Assembly (NCBI GenBank): GCA_031270705.1
Contig: JAISWW010000140.1
Span: 722-64,721, forward strand
DNA: 64,000 nt
Direction of reading: 5' to 3'
From: Deltaproteobacteria bacterium
GTDB taxonomy: Bacteria > Desulfobacterota > Desulfarculia > Adiutricales > Adiutricaceae
Shown here one piece after another: positions 35,366-44,606 of this stretch. A model generated the notes under the pieces. The model had not been told where the DNA came from. It saw only the letters and a list, made by a program, of their open reading frames with translations, and ran no database searches. The position numbers were made by a program, and so were the translations under genes. Within the stretch, counting starts at the first letter, position 1; each line of letters opens with the position of its first letter.

Positions 35366-38236
35366 TTAACCCTCTTGGCTATCCCTTACGGACGCGATTT
35401 CGTCCGTTTGATGCTTATGATTATGTATTTCGGCTTTAGAATTACTCTCTTTAGCCAAAAAACCGGCCAAGCGCTCTACAATCTCTCCAAAAGCGGCCTG
35501 ATCGATTTTTTCCCTCAGCCAATGGATTAAATCATTATCATTATCATAGATAAATGACTCTAACTCAGCCAAAGTCTCTTCCAGGCCATCCATATCGTAG
35601 CTCTTGGCGGCCAGTTCCATCTTGGCCAAAAGCTCGGGATCCGGGGCGTTTTTATGGGGGGACTCCGCGCCTTTGGCCGGGGCTAAAAACTCCCGAATCC
35701 GCGTCACCAGGGTATCGACCTCGGACAAAAAACGCTGGTTATGGGCGAGAATATAGTCCATGTCCCCAGAGCCGGAACGAGATTCCAGCTCTCTGGCCAA
35801 ATCGCCCACGGCGTTGGCCCCCACCCCATAGCTAGAGCTTTTGATGCCATGAACCGTAATCGTGTAATCATTGAGCATTTCTGGAGAGGGCTCGGCCAGC
35901 TTCGGGGCCAATTCCTCAACGCTTGAGCAATAGGAGCGCAAAACCCCGAGAAAAACTTCCTTGTCGCCCCCAAAACGCTCCATGGCTTTTTCCACGCTTA
36001 AACCGGGGATATCAATAATTTCGGAATCATCATCCCTGGCCGGCTCATTAGATCTAGGATCTAACTCGCTGGGCGACAATAAAGATTCTTTGTCTTTATC
36101 CCGCACCCACTGCCTTAAGACCAGATCCATGCGATGAATGTCAATGGGTTTGGTCATATAAGCCTGAAAACCGTTTTCCAGAAAAACCTTTTCATTGCCC
36201 ACTATGGCGTTGGCGGTCAAAGCGATGATGGGCACTTTCTTGGCGTATTCCGAGTCAATCTCTTCGCGAATGATCCGCACGGCCTCCATGCCGTTCATGC
36301 CCGGCATCATGTGATCCATAAAGATGGCGTTGTAACGTTTTTCCGCGTTCTTAACCAGATCCACGGCCTCTTGGCCAGAAGTGACGCTATCAATGGTCAT
36401 GTTATAGGGCTTCAATATGCCCGTGGCCACGTCCAGATTGGCTTGCACGTCATCCACCAATAAAATCCGAGCGTAGGGCATGGGGATAATATGGCGCTGA
36501 GGCGTTTGGCCACGCGAGCCGCTACCGTAGGTTCCGTTTATGGAGGTCACGCCGAGCTGGCCGTCTTTGCCTTTTTTCTGAACCACGGTGACGGTGAAGA
36601 CGCTCCCCACGCCATACTCGCTAGTCACCTCAATTTTGCCATTCATCATCTCGACCATGCGGCGCGTGATCGATAGTCCTAGCCCCGTGCCCTCGATCTG
36701 ACGGTTGGCCGTGGTGTCAACTTGACTGTAGGCGGAAAAAAGCTTCTCCAAATCGTCTTTTTTAATGCCCACCCCAGTATCCCGGGTTTGGATGGACAAC
36801 CAGACCTTATCCTCTTCGGTACGCCCAAAAACTTTTAGATCCACTCGGCCAGAGTGAGTGTATTTAAAAGCGTTGCTCAAAATATTAGAGCAAATTTGCT
36901 TGATGCGCAATTCATCGCCAATTAGGTTGGCCGGCAAAGTTGGATCCAGCTCCACGTGGAACTCAATGGGTTTGGCCCCGATGCGGATAAGATTAACGGC
37001 CACGACGTCGTTAATGGCGCTGGCCAACTCATACTCCATTTCAATGAGCTCTAAATCCCCAGACTCGATTTTGGTGATATCCAAGATATCATTGACAATG
37101 CCTAAGAGAATGAGCCCAGCCGCGTGAATCTTGTCGAGGCCCTCTATGCTTTCTTGGGCGTCAAACCGGCCACAAAGCATCAGATCCGAAAAGCCTATTA
37201 TGGCGTTTAAAGGCGTGCGCATCTCATGGCTCATGTTGGCCAGGAAATTGGTTTTGGCTTCCAGGGCTTTTTGGGCGATCTCCCCCATCTCGGATAAATT
37301 GGCGTATTGTTTATTAATTATATTAAACTGCCGATCCACAAAACCCGAAATGAGCCAACCACACAAAAAGTTTAAAAACAAGAAAATGATCGTCATGAGG
37401 ATGACGCCCTGATCCACGTAAGCCAAAGGGCTTTCGCTTAAAGGCGCGGACACGGACAAAATCCAGCCAACGTTGGAGCTACCGACAGCTTTGTAGTAGG
37501 CTAGCCTAGCCTTATTGTCCAAGGTGTATCGCCCCTCGCCCTCCCCGCCCTCGGTCAGAGTCTTCCTCACATATTCCTTAAAGCTCCGGACGGAAACCGT
37601 GTCCCGGTTATCGCGCAAGACGTTGTACTCTTCTCGGACATAATCGGGGATGGTGTGGGCTAAGGTTTTCCCCTCATTATCCTGAATAAAGACGCCGCCA
37701 GTGTCCCAAACCTGAAAATCCTTGACTAAATCCGTAAAGTACATGCCTGGGATGGTCACGGCGGCCACTCGCTCGCCTTCCAAGGGCACGCAGATGTTAA
37801 AGACCAGCTCCCCTTGAGGCGTTCTACGGGTGGTGGAAATAACCGTCCGCCCTTGCCTCGCCAATTCGGCGAAGGGGCTATTAATAAAATCCGAAGTGTA
37901 GATCGACCCATAGGAGGCTAGAGCCCACTGGCGATCGAAAACGGAAATGGACAAAAATAGCCCGCCGCTACTCTCCACCTGCTTTTTCAGGATCTCCGCC
38001 CATTGAGAGACATCCCGCCGCTCCAGCTGATGAACCGCGGTCCAGGCTCGAGCCTTAAGCAACTCAATGTCGCTGGAGACCAAATTTTCGGCGAGTTTGG
38101 CCATGACCGAGAGATCGCTTAAAATCGTCTCTTGGATGCCTTTATGGATAAAATAGCGGCTAGCCCCCACGGTGGTGACAATAATCGTGACAGTAATGGC
38201 CACGCTAACCAAAAAAACTTTCCAGCGGAAGGACAT
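35366..38236 (-). CDS. hybrid sensor histidine kinase, paralogue of 30778..34068, with one copy of the C-terminal module
   Basis: 956 aa with the same domain order. NMSHEMRTPLNAIIGF, REC ILLVDDVQANLDV, Hpt TITVHGIKSSSYGVGA. One module APDPELLAKMELAAKSYDMDGLEETLAELESFIYDNDNDLIHWLREKIDQAAFGEIVERL (35468-35647). Identical stretches of more than 20 nt are shared with the paralogue (for example gatccacgtaagccaaagggctttc). Confidence 0.9.
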   Translation of the reverse strand: MSFRWKVFLVSVAITVTIIVTTVGASRYFIHKGIQETILSDLSVMAKLAENLVSSDIELLKARAWTAVHQLERRDVSQWAEILKKQVESSGGLFLSISVFDRQWALASYGSIYTSDFINSPFAELARQGRTVISTTRRTPQGELVFNICVPLEGERVAAVTIPGMYFTDLVKDFQVWDTGGVFIQDNEGKTLAHTIPDYVREEYNVLRDNRDTVSVRSFKEYVRKTLTEGGEGEGRYTLDNKARLAYYKAVGSSNVGWILSVSAPLSESPLAYVDQGVILMTIIFLFLNFLCGWLISGFVDRQFNIINKQYANLSEMGEIAQKALEAKTNFLANMSHEMRTPLNAIIGFSDLMLCGRFDAQESIEGLDKIHAAGLILLGIVNDILDITKIESGDLELIEMEYELASAINDVVAVNLIRIGAKPIEFHVELDPTLPANLIGDELRIKQICSNILSNAFKYTHSGRVDLKVFGRTEEDKVWLSIQTRDTGVGIKKDDLEKLFSAYSQVDTTANRQIEGTGLGLSITRRMVEMMNGKIEVTSEYGVGSVFTVTVVQKKGKDGQLGVTSINGTYGSGSRGQTPQRHIIPMPYARILLVDDVQANLDVATGILKPYNMTIDSVTSGQEAVDLVKNAEKRYNAIFMDHMMPGMNGMEAVRIIREEIDSEYAKKVPIIALTANAIVGNEKVFLENGFQAYMTKPIDIHRMDLVLRQWVRDKDKESLLSPSELDPRSNEPARDDDSEIIDIPGLSVEKAMERFGGDKEVFLGVLRSYCSSVEELAPKLAEPSPEMLNDYTITVHGIKSSSYGVGANAVGDLARELESRSGSGDMDYILAHNQRFLSEVDTLVTRIREFLAPAKGAESPHKNAPDPELLAKMELAAKSYDMDGLEETLAELESFIYDNDNDLIHWLREKIDQAAFGEIVERLAGFLAKESNSKAEIHNHKHQTDEIASVRDSQEG

Positions 38237-38560
38237 GCTTACTTCTCTTAACCCAAAGATGAAATTAGGGCGAAATAAAACGCGCGCCCTAAGGAGCCTA
38301 ACCCAGAATTAACCAGGTTCCGCGAGGGTCGCCTAAAAAGATCGTTTAATTTTTTCTCCAGTAAATTTTCAAAACAAGCTTGATTGATAAACTTACGCTA
38401 GTTTTTCAAGTAATATAACTTATATTGGCGGGAAAATCCAGTTTTTTTTCGCCACCTTAAATCCCCCTCCTAAACTGGCCAAAACTTGACGCCAAAAGTG
38501 GCTAAGAGAGCCAAAACCAATCAGAAGGGCGCTTAAGGACGCCGACGGCTTGAAGCCGAC

Positions 38561-39922
38561 CTAGTTAGAGGTCAAACCGTTTTTAGATTTAAGGACAATG
38601 GCTTTGGAGGCTTCAAGAGCGGCCAAGGCCAAATCCGGGCGACCGGAATTTTGGGCGATGATTTTTCCCACCAGATCGTGGCCTAAAATGGGGGCGTACT
38701 CGGCGGCTAGGGCCAACGAGCGCCCCAGAAGCTCCTGACAACGCTCAGGATCCGCTTCCAGGTTTTCGACGGCTTTAGACTTAAATATCTCCGTAACCTT
38801 GGTTAATAGCTCTAAACTCTCTAACAACGTCTCAGCGATAATAGGGGAAAAAGCGTTTAACTCCAATTCGCCGCGGCTAGCGGCTAAAGTTAAGGCGAGA
38901 TCATTGGCCATGACCGTAAAGGAGGCGCAAATGGCCATCTCGGGAATCACGGGGTTATATTTGCCAGGCATGATGGTGCTCCCCAGCTGGAGAGGGGCCA
39001 ACTTAATTTCGCCCAAACCGCCAAAAGGGCCAGAATTCATCAGCCGAAAATCCCCCGCGATCTTTTGGAGGTTAACGGCCAGGGCCTTTAAAAGCCCAGA
39101 GACCTCGACAAAGACATCATTATTTTGGGTGACGTCCATGGGGTACTCGGAAGCGGCCAAACCAATACCCGTAGCCTGGCGCAACCTTTCAATGAGGCCA
39201 AACCGAAACTTCTTGCCCCGCCGATCGGCTAAACCCACGGCCTGCCCGCCTAGGTTAATCTCCCTTAAACGCTCTTCCATCTTATAAAGCCGCCAGCGAT
39301 CCCGAGCCAAAGACTGCGCGTAGGCCCCAAACTCCTCGCCTAAAGTAATCGGCACGGCGTCCATTAACTCGGTGCGGCCAAGTTTCGCGATTTTGGCGAA
39401 AACGTTTTCTTTGATCTGGAGGGCTTCTTGAAGATCCGCCGCGGCTTGGCTTAGTTTTCTGAGCCAGCCAATAGCCGCGATCCTTAAAGCCGTGGGGTAG
39501 ACGTCGTTGGTGGATTGTCCCCGGTTAACGTCATCCAAAGGGTGACATAAAGAGTAATCGCCTTTGGCCTGGCCTAAATGGCTTAAGGCCAGATTGGCCA
39601 AGACCTCGTTACAGTTCATGTTGGTGGAGGTGCCCGCCCCGCCTTGGAGGGCGGGCACAATAAAAGCCTCCAGAAAGCGGCCAGCCAAGATCTCGTCAGC
39701 CGCCCAGGCGATGGCTTGAAAGACCAAAGAGCGCTCACTATCAATCTCGGCCCAAGTTTGGGCGGCGGCTTTTTTTATCTGGACAATGGCCTTAATTAAA
39801 TGGAGATTGACCGTTCGACCAAGATCGGGAAAATTGACTTTAGCCCGGAGGCTTTGGAGGCCATAAAGAGCCGCGGCGGGCAGAGCCATTTCCCCTAACT
39901 GGTCTCGCTCAATCCTAGTCAT
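38561..39922 (-). CDS. aspartate ammonia-lyase family protein (class II fumarase/aspartase superfamily)
   Basis: 453 aa. Signature GSTIMPGKYNPVIPE (aspartase-type NPVxPE), TSTNMNCNEV, GQSTNDVYPTA. ATG 39922 directly abuts the hydF stop codon. Confidence 0.85.
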   Translation of the reverse strand: MTRIERDQLGEMALPAAALYGLQSLRAKVNFPDLGRTVNLHLIKAIVQIKKAAAQTWAEIDSERSLVFQAIAWAADEILAGRFLEAFIVPALQGGAGTSTNMNCNEVLANLALSHLGQAKGDYSLCHPLDDVNRGQSTNDVYPTALRIAAIGWLRKLSQAAADLQEALQIKENVFAKIAKLGRTELMDAVPITLGEEFGAYAQSLARDRWRLYKMEERLREINLGGQAVGLADRRGKKFRFGLIERLRQATGIGLAASEYPMDVTQNNDVFVEVSGLLKALAVNLQKIAGDFRLMNSGPFGGLGEIKLAPLQLGSTIMPGKYNPVIPEMAICASFTVMANDLALTLAASRGELELNAFSPIIAETLLESLELLTKVTEIFKSKAVENLEADPERCQELLGRSLALAAEYAPILGHDLVGKIIAQNSGRPDLALAALEASKAIVLKSKNGLTSN

Positions 39923-41131
39923 CTAATCCTCCCCAACCAAGGCCTGAATATGTGGGAAAACGCCCAAACAACGCCTTAATAAGCCTTGGATATGGGCGAT
40001 GATGGTTCCATAATTGGTTAAGGGAACGCCCTGATCTTCGGCGCATTTGCGCCGATAATGAACTTCGCGGTCATTTAGCATACAGGCCCCACAATGGACA
40101 ATTAAGCCATAAGGCGAGAGATCCTCAGGAAAATCCCCGCCAGCCAGAAAAGAAAAATTAAAGTCATGGCCAGCGTAGTCGCGAATCCAGCGCGGCAATT
40201 TAACCGTGCCAATGTCATCGCACTGGCGGTGATGCGAGCAACCCTCGGCCATCAGAATGTTGGCCCCAGCCGGCAATCTGTCCAAAGTGGCCGCCCCCAT
40301 GGCCGCTCCGGTCAAAAACCCCTTATAACGAGCGAAGAGGATGGAAAAAGTGGTTAAAGGGACATCTAGAGGCGTATCGGCCGAAACCCGAGCCAAAACT
40401 TGGCTATCGGTAATGACCAAAGCCGGAGGTTTAGCCAATTGGGCTAAAATATCCCGCAACTCCCACTCCTTAACGACCACGGCCGCCGCGTCAGCCTCCA
40501 AAATATCCCTAATAGTCTGTTGTTGAGGCAAAATGAGGCGTCCTTTGGGGGCGGCTTTGTCTATGGGGACGACTAAAACCACTAAATTGGTCGGGTGGAT
40601 GACATCGCCCACAATCTTTAGCTTAGTCTCTTCGGTCGCGGCTAAAACGGCCAATAGCTCCTTCAGCTGTTTGATGTTGTGGTTTTCGATGGCGGAAACA
40701 TAAATTTCGTGAGATTTCGGCTCAGGCGGAGAGCTTAAGAGATCGGATTTATTAAAAGCCACGACATAAGGGATCTCCTTGGCTCTAATTAAACTCAATA
40801 GCTCCTCGTCCACCGGCGTTAGGCCCAAAGCCGCCTCGACCACTAAGACGGCCACGTCCACCCGGTTTAAAACCTGTCGGGCTTTTTTGACCCGTTTCTC
40901 CCCCAAGCCGCCCACGTCGTCTAAGCCGGGCGTGTCTATGATCACTACTGGCCCCAGAGGCAAAAGCTCCATGGCTTTTTGCACTGGATCCGTGGTGGTG
41001 CCCAAAACATCGGAGACCACGGCCAAATCTTGGCCGGTCACCGCGTTTAATAAACTGGATTTGCCCACGTTGCGCCGCCCGAAAAACCCAATATGGACTC
41101 GATTGGCCGTGGGCGTGAGGTTTAAGGTCAA
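39923..41131 (-). CDS. hydF: [FeFe]-hydrogenase maturation GTPase HydF
   Basis: 402 aa. TTG start after GGAGGAG. GTPase motifs GRRNVGKSS, DTPGLDD and NKSD. C-terminal cluster motif EGCSHHRQC...VHCGACM (CxH...HCxxC). Confidence 0.9.
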   Translation of the reverse strand: MTLNLTPTANRVHIGFFGRRNVGKSSLLNAVTGQDLAVVSDVLGTTTDPVQKAMELLPLGPVVIIDTPGLDDVGGLGEKRVKKARQVLNRVDVAVLVVEAALGLTPVDEELLSLIRAKEIPYVVAFNKSDLLSSPPEPKSHEIYVSAIENHNIKQLKELLAVLAATEETKLKIVGDVIHPTNLVVLVVPIDKAAPKGRLILPQQQTIRDILEADAAAVVVKEWELRDILAQLAKPPALVITDSQVLARVSADTPLDVPLTTFSILFARYKGFLTGAAMGAATLDRLPAGANILMAEGCSHHRQCDDIGTVKLPRWIRDYAGHDFNFSFLAGGDFPEDLSPYGLIVHCGACMLNDREVHYRRKCAEDQGVPLTNYGTIIAHIQGLLRRCLGVFPHIQALVGED

Positions 41132-41520
41132 AATCGCTCCTCCCCGGCTGGCCGCGCGCGACCAGCCGCCTGGCTTGGCTTTTCCAGTTTAACTTATTGG
41201 GGCCAAAAAGGAAAAAAGCTCGCTAAACTTCTTTTTCCGCCCTTTTTTAGCCTAAATTTGAAGAAGGCCCCTTAACCTCAAAAAAAACTAGGGCCAAAAC
41301 TTGGCTCCGAAACCGCTCGCTTAGTCCTCGTCTACGCTATTTGGGCTAACTGGGCTGATTGACCTTAAAGATAGAGCCCTAAAACCTAACCTCCCCTCGC
41401 CCATGGTTTCTCCTCCCCTTTTTCTTCCAGCCAGAGGGTTGTCGCCATGGCTTCTAAAAACTTGGTCAGCTCGCTTTAGGAGTTGAGAGCCCAAAACTAA
41501 TAGTCTGGCAATAATTAACC

Positions 41521-41578
41521 GGGCAGGGTAAAATTTACCCACTTGCCCTAAAATTTTTTAACCCTGGTCATCCAGGGG
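41521..41578. promoter_or_regulatory. two adjacent palindromes about 110-165 bp upstream of the sigma54 element (candidate activator sites)
   Basis: gggca-gggtaaa-a-tttaccc-act-tgccc (41521-41548) and ccctgg-tcat-ccaggg (about 41562-41577). Confidence 0.3.
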
Positions 41579-41685
41579 TATTGAGACCTGACTTACCAAG
41601 GCTTAGGTTGGTTTATCCAATAAAGTTAATGGCTTAACAAAAACGTGGCCCCAACTAGGCGCGCGCCTAAGAACTTGCGGGGTTT

Positions 41686-41702
41686 TGGCATAAAAATTGC
41701 TT
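41686..41702 (+). promoter_or_regulatory. sigma54 (-24/-12) promoter upstream of the minor-pilin operon
   Basis: TGGCAT-aaaaa-TTGCTT has the canonical GG (41687-41688) to GC (41699-41700) spacing of TGGCAC-N5-TTGCW. It sits about 300 nt upstream of ATG 42009 on the same strand. Confidence 0.55.
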
Positions 41703-42008
41703 ATAACAAAAATAACAATTCTTGCTTGGAGATTTGTTTGGTTGCCTGACCTAATTCATCTCCATTATAGACTCGGTCTCTATCAACCGAGCGGACTGGT
41801 ATTTTTTTTGGCTGAATTTTGACAATAGATAGGTTGTTTAAGACTGCGGTCGCTTCGGAGAATGTTTAACTTTCTCGGTTTTTGACAACAAATCTATTAT
41901 CAATTTTTGATATTGTTTTTGTATTTGAGCCTTTTCTGTTTTTTTAATTACAAAATAGTAACTTTTATTAGTAATTATTTTGTTTTGCCTTATGGTTGAT
42001 TGGATTTG

Positions 42009-42776
42009 ATGTTTTCTCTTATATGCCCCAACTGTCAAAAAAAACTTAAAACTAAAGAAGGCAGTCAGCCTAGAGCCGACGATTGGATTCGTTGCCCAGC
42101 TTGTCAAGAATTATTTCATCCTCAGTTAATGGATGATTTGGACTTTTTGGCCGCCCCAGCTCCTGACTCCAGTCTAAGCCCAAGCTTCCCTAGCCAGTCT
42201 TTGGTGCGAACACTATCTCATGGCATTTCCAAATCCCTGGCTTTGATTGGCCTAGCCGCTGACATGCCAGGAACGGCTTCCCGAGCGAACTTTACCGCCC
42301 TTTGGAAAGCCTTGATCTGGGGTCTGGCCACAGCCACAGTTCTTTTTGTTTTTGGCCTAATGTTTTTCTTGGCCGAGCCTGAACCCATTCCCGAAACGCC
42401 ACCCAGGCCCACGATACAGGCTCCAGACTACGCCACGACTTTTTTGCCTGGAGACTTAAAATCTTTAAGAGCTAACCTGAACTTGACTCGTTTGGCTTAT
42501 AAAAAGATTGATTACCGTGGTTACGAGTCGCGAATTTACAATTATTTCGCCGAAAAAGCCGGGGATGACTACTGTCAGGACATTGCCTCATTAACCATTA
42601 ACTCGGACAATACTAGCCAGGGTTTTCGAGTTGTGGGAGTTTGCGTGGACGAAAAATCCCCAACTCCCGAATTGTTAGTGGACTGGCGCTCCGTTAACCA
42701 GATTCGAGTCAGTATCATAGAGAAACAAGGGCCAAAGTTACTAGAAATTGTTGAGCTAAACGGGAAAAATAAATAA
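42009..42776 (+). CDS. MJ0042-type zinc-ribbon membrane protein (hypothetical)
   Basis: MFSLICPNCQKKLKTKEG...IRCPACQELF four-Cys ribbon. One TM helix (ALIWGLATATVLFVFGLMFFLA). ~110-aa C-terminal domain. ATG 42009 (ORF open from TTG 42000). Confidence 0.65.
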   Translation: MFSLICPNCQKKLKTKEGSQPRADDWIRCPACQELFHPQLMDDLDFLAAPAPDSSLSPSFPSQSLVRTLSHGISKSLALIGLAADMPGTASRANFTALWKALIWGLATATVLFVFGLMFFLAEPEPIPETPPRPTIQAPDYATTFLPGDLKSLRANLNLTRLAYKKIDYRGYESRIYNYFAEKAGDDYCQDIASLTINSDNTSQGFRVVGVCVDEKSPTPELLVDWRSVNQIRVSIIEKQGPKLLEIVELNGKNK

Positions 42777-42839
42777 TTTTATTTAAAGCTCATTATTTTT
42801 TTTGTGACTAATTAAAATCTTATTAGATTACTGGGCTTT

Positions 42840-43934
42840 ATGAAAACTAATCCTAAAATATATCACTCAAAAGCCATTTTAAGATCCGGCGTGACCTTAG
42901 TGGAGCTATTGGTGGTTATGGCGGTCGGCATGTTGGTTTCGGGCGTGGCCTTTTCCATTTTCCGGCTCAGCTCCCAACAATACCTAACGAGCGAGGCCAA
43001 TTTGGAGCGGAGTCGCGAGCTCAGGGCGGCCCTTTCCACCTTGACCAGAGATCTGCGCATGGCTGGCAATGGCCTCTTTGTTCTTGGGCCAGGGCTAACT
43101 TTGGTTCAAGCCTACGCGCCCATCAATAGCTCTCGAGTTTGTGGCCAAACGCCCGTCCAGACCAACTCCTTAGGCTGGTATTCCAACTGCGACACCTTAA
43201 CGCCTGGGGTTCGCGGTCTTTTTGGGGAAGATGGAGGAGCCAACGCCTCTGACGTGGTCACCATTTTTAGGGCCGAGCCAGAGTATAGCGAGCCCTTGGG
43301 GGAAGCCAGAGAGTTTGAGGATTGGGAGCTGACCCTTTTGGCCGCGACTACCTCGGACTCCGTGAAAGAGGGCGATATTTTGGGTCTGGCTTATGGTAGC
43401 CGAGCCACTCTTTTAGAAGTTGGAGCTTTGCCTAGCTCCAGCTCTTACACGGTTATCCCCATTAAAGAAAACGGTCGCTTTACTGGACCCAATGGCCCGC
43501 CCACAGGTTTTCCCGTCAATGGAGCCACGGTTTTCAACTTAAGGGACGTGACCATAGCCACCTATTTTGTTAACCAGGACACCAACCAGCTGGTCGTCGT
43601 CTATCATGATCAAAAGGCCAACGAGACCGATCCCAAATCTAGCCCCATGATTCCTTTGGCTGACAACATTGAGGATCTCCAGTTGTTTTACTTCTTCAAA
43701 AATGAGGATGTTGACTTAACTAAAGTAAACCTGGATCCGGGCATAAACACCAGTAAGCTTGAGAACGATAAGATCTCGGCCGTTAGCGTTGGCGTCACGG
43801 CCAAAACCTCGGTCGAGCAGTTTTTTCCCTCTATGGCTAGACCCGCTCTATTTAACCGAGTGGCGGGCGCGGATAAAGAAAAGGCGCGACGCCTCTCCAT
43901 AATGGAAACCGTCCAGCTAAGGAACGCGTTATGA
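42840..43934 (+). CDS. type IV pilus minor pilin, PilW-like
   Basis: Prepilin-type N-terminal methylation motif SGVTLVELLVVMAVGMLVSGVAFSIF. 364 aa. Its position in the minor-pilin operon supports the call. Confidence 0.7.
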   Translation: MKTNPKIYHSKAILRSGVTLVELLVVMAVGMLVSGVAFSIFRLSSQQYLTSEANLERSRELRAALSTLTRDLRMAGNGLFVLGPGLTLVQAYAPINSSRVCGQTPVQTNSLGWYSNCDTLTPGVRGLFGEDGGANASDVVTIFRAEPEYSEPLGEAREFEDWELTLLAATTSDSVKEGDILGLAYGSRATLLEVGALPSSSSYTVIPIKENGRFTGPNGPPTGFPVNGATVFNLRDVTIATYFVNQDTNQLVVVYHDQKANETDPKSSPMIPLADNIEDLQLFYFFKNEDVDLTKVNLDPGINTSKLENDKISAVSVGVTAKTSVEQFFPSMARPALFNRVAGADKEKARRLSIMETVQLRNAL

Positions 43935-44509
43935 CATTACGGCCACAAATAATATATCGCTTGGGCTTTACCCTAATGGAAATGATAGTGGTCATCTGCG
44001 TGATAGGTATATTGGCCGCTGTTTCTTACCCTTTGCTCAAAGGCTCCAAACCAGAATATGACGCTAGGGGCGCCTCTCGCCAGTTGGAGGCTTTGCTTTT
44101 AAAAGCCAGGACCATGGCCGTAAACCAGCAAAAACCCATTAGAGTGGTCATCAATTGCACGCGACCAGCCGGAACCGACCATTGTTACGCCGATCTCCAG
44201 GCGGCCATTTACAACAACGAAGAGGTGTCGGGCTGGGAACATCGGCCACAAGAAAGAGAAGTTTTAAAGCCGGAAATCCAAATCGTCAAAAACAACGTGA
44301 CCGCTGGCCATGACGGGAATCTAACCACGCCTAATCTTTTCTGGGCCATATTTATGCCAGCCAACAATATCTATTCGGATCCCAAGGCTTTTGAGGTTTT
44401 TATGTACCACAACTACCAGGCTCGCCCGGAAAAAGATGGTTGGCTCATAGCGGTCAATTCCGTGTCTGGCAAAATCCAGTTAACCCGGAATTCTTTGGCC
44501 ACGCCCTAA
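43931..44509 (+). CDS. type IV pilus minor pilin, FimT/GspH-like
   Basis: LGFTLMEMIVVICVIGILAAVSYP prepilin motif. ARGASRQLEALLLKARTMAVNQQKPIRVV resembles the GspH/FimT domain. ATGA overlap with the upstream gene. Confidence 0.7.
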   Translation: MTLRPQIIYRLGFTLMEMIVVICVIGILAAVSYPLLKGSKPEYDARGASRQLEALLLKARTMAVNQQKPIRVVINCTRPAGTDHCYADLQAAIYNNEEVSGWEHRPQEREVLKPEIQIVKNNVTAGHDGNLTTPNLFWAIFMPANNIYSDPKAFEVFMYHNYQARPEKDGWLIAVNSVSGKIQLTRNSLATP

Positions 44510-44606
44510 AATGTTCTTGACCATAAATTTCTCTAACGCGCTAGCCAAACCAAGTCAAGCGCGTTTATCGCCAGGCCAAATGGGAGCCAGATATAAGGTT
44601 AGACCA

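Noticed and set aside
41561-41600. TPP-riboswitch-like string (ccaggggtattgagacctgac)
   Set aside because: Only the GGGG...UGAGA...CCUGA words are present. The intervening helices and the pyrimidine-sensor arm are missing, and no thiamine gene follows.
41321-42107. ORFs 41321..41542 (-) and 41838..42107 (-) in the hydF/pilin spacer
   Set aside because: Neither has an RBS or homology. The second overlaps the start of the zinc-ribbon gene and is a Lys/Ile-rich translation of AT-rich DNA.
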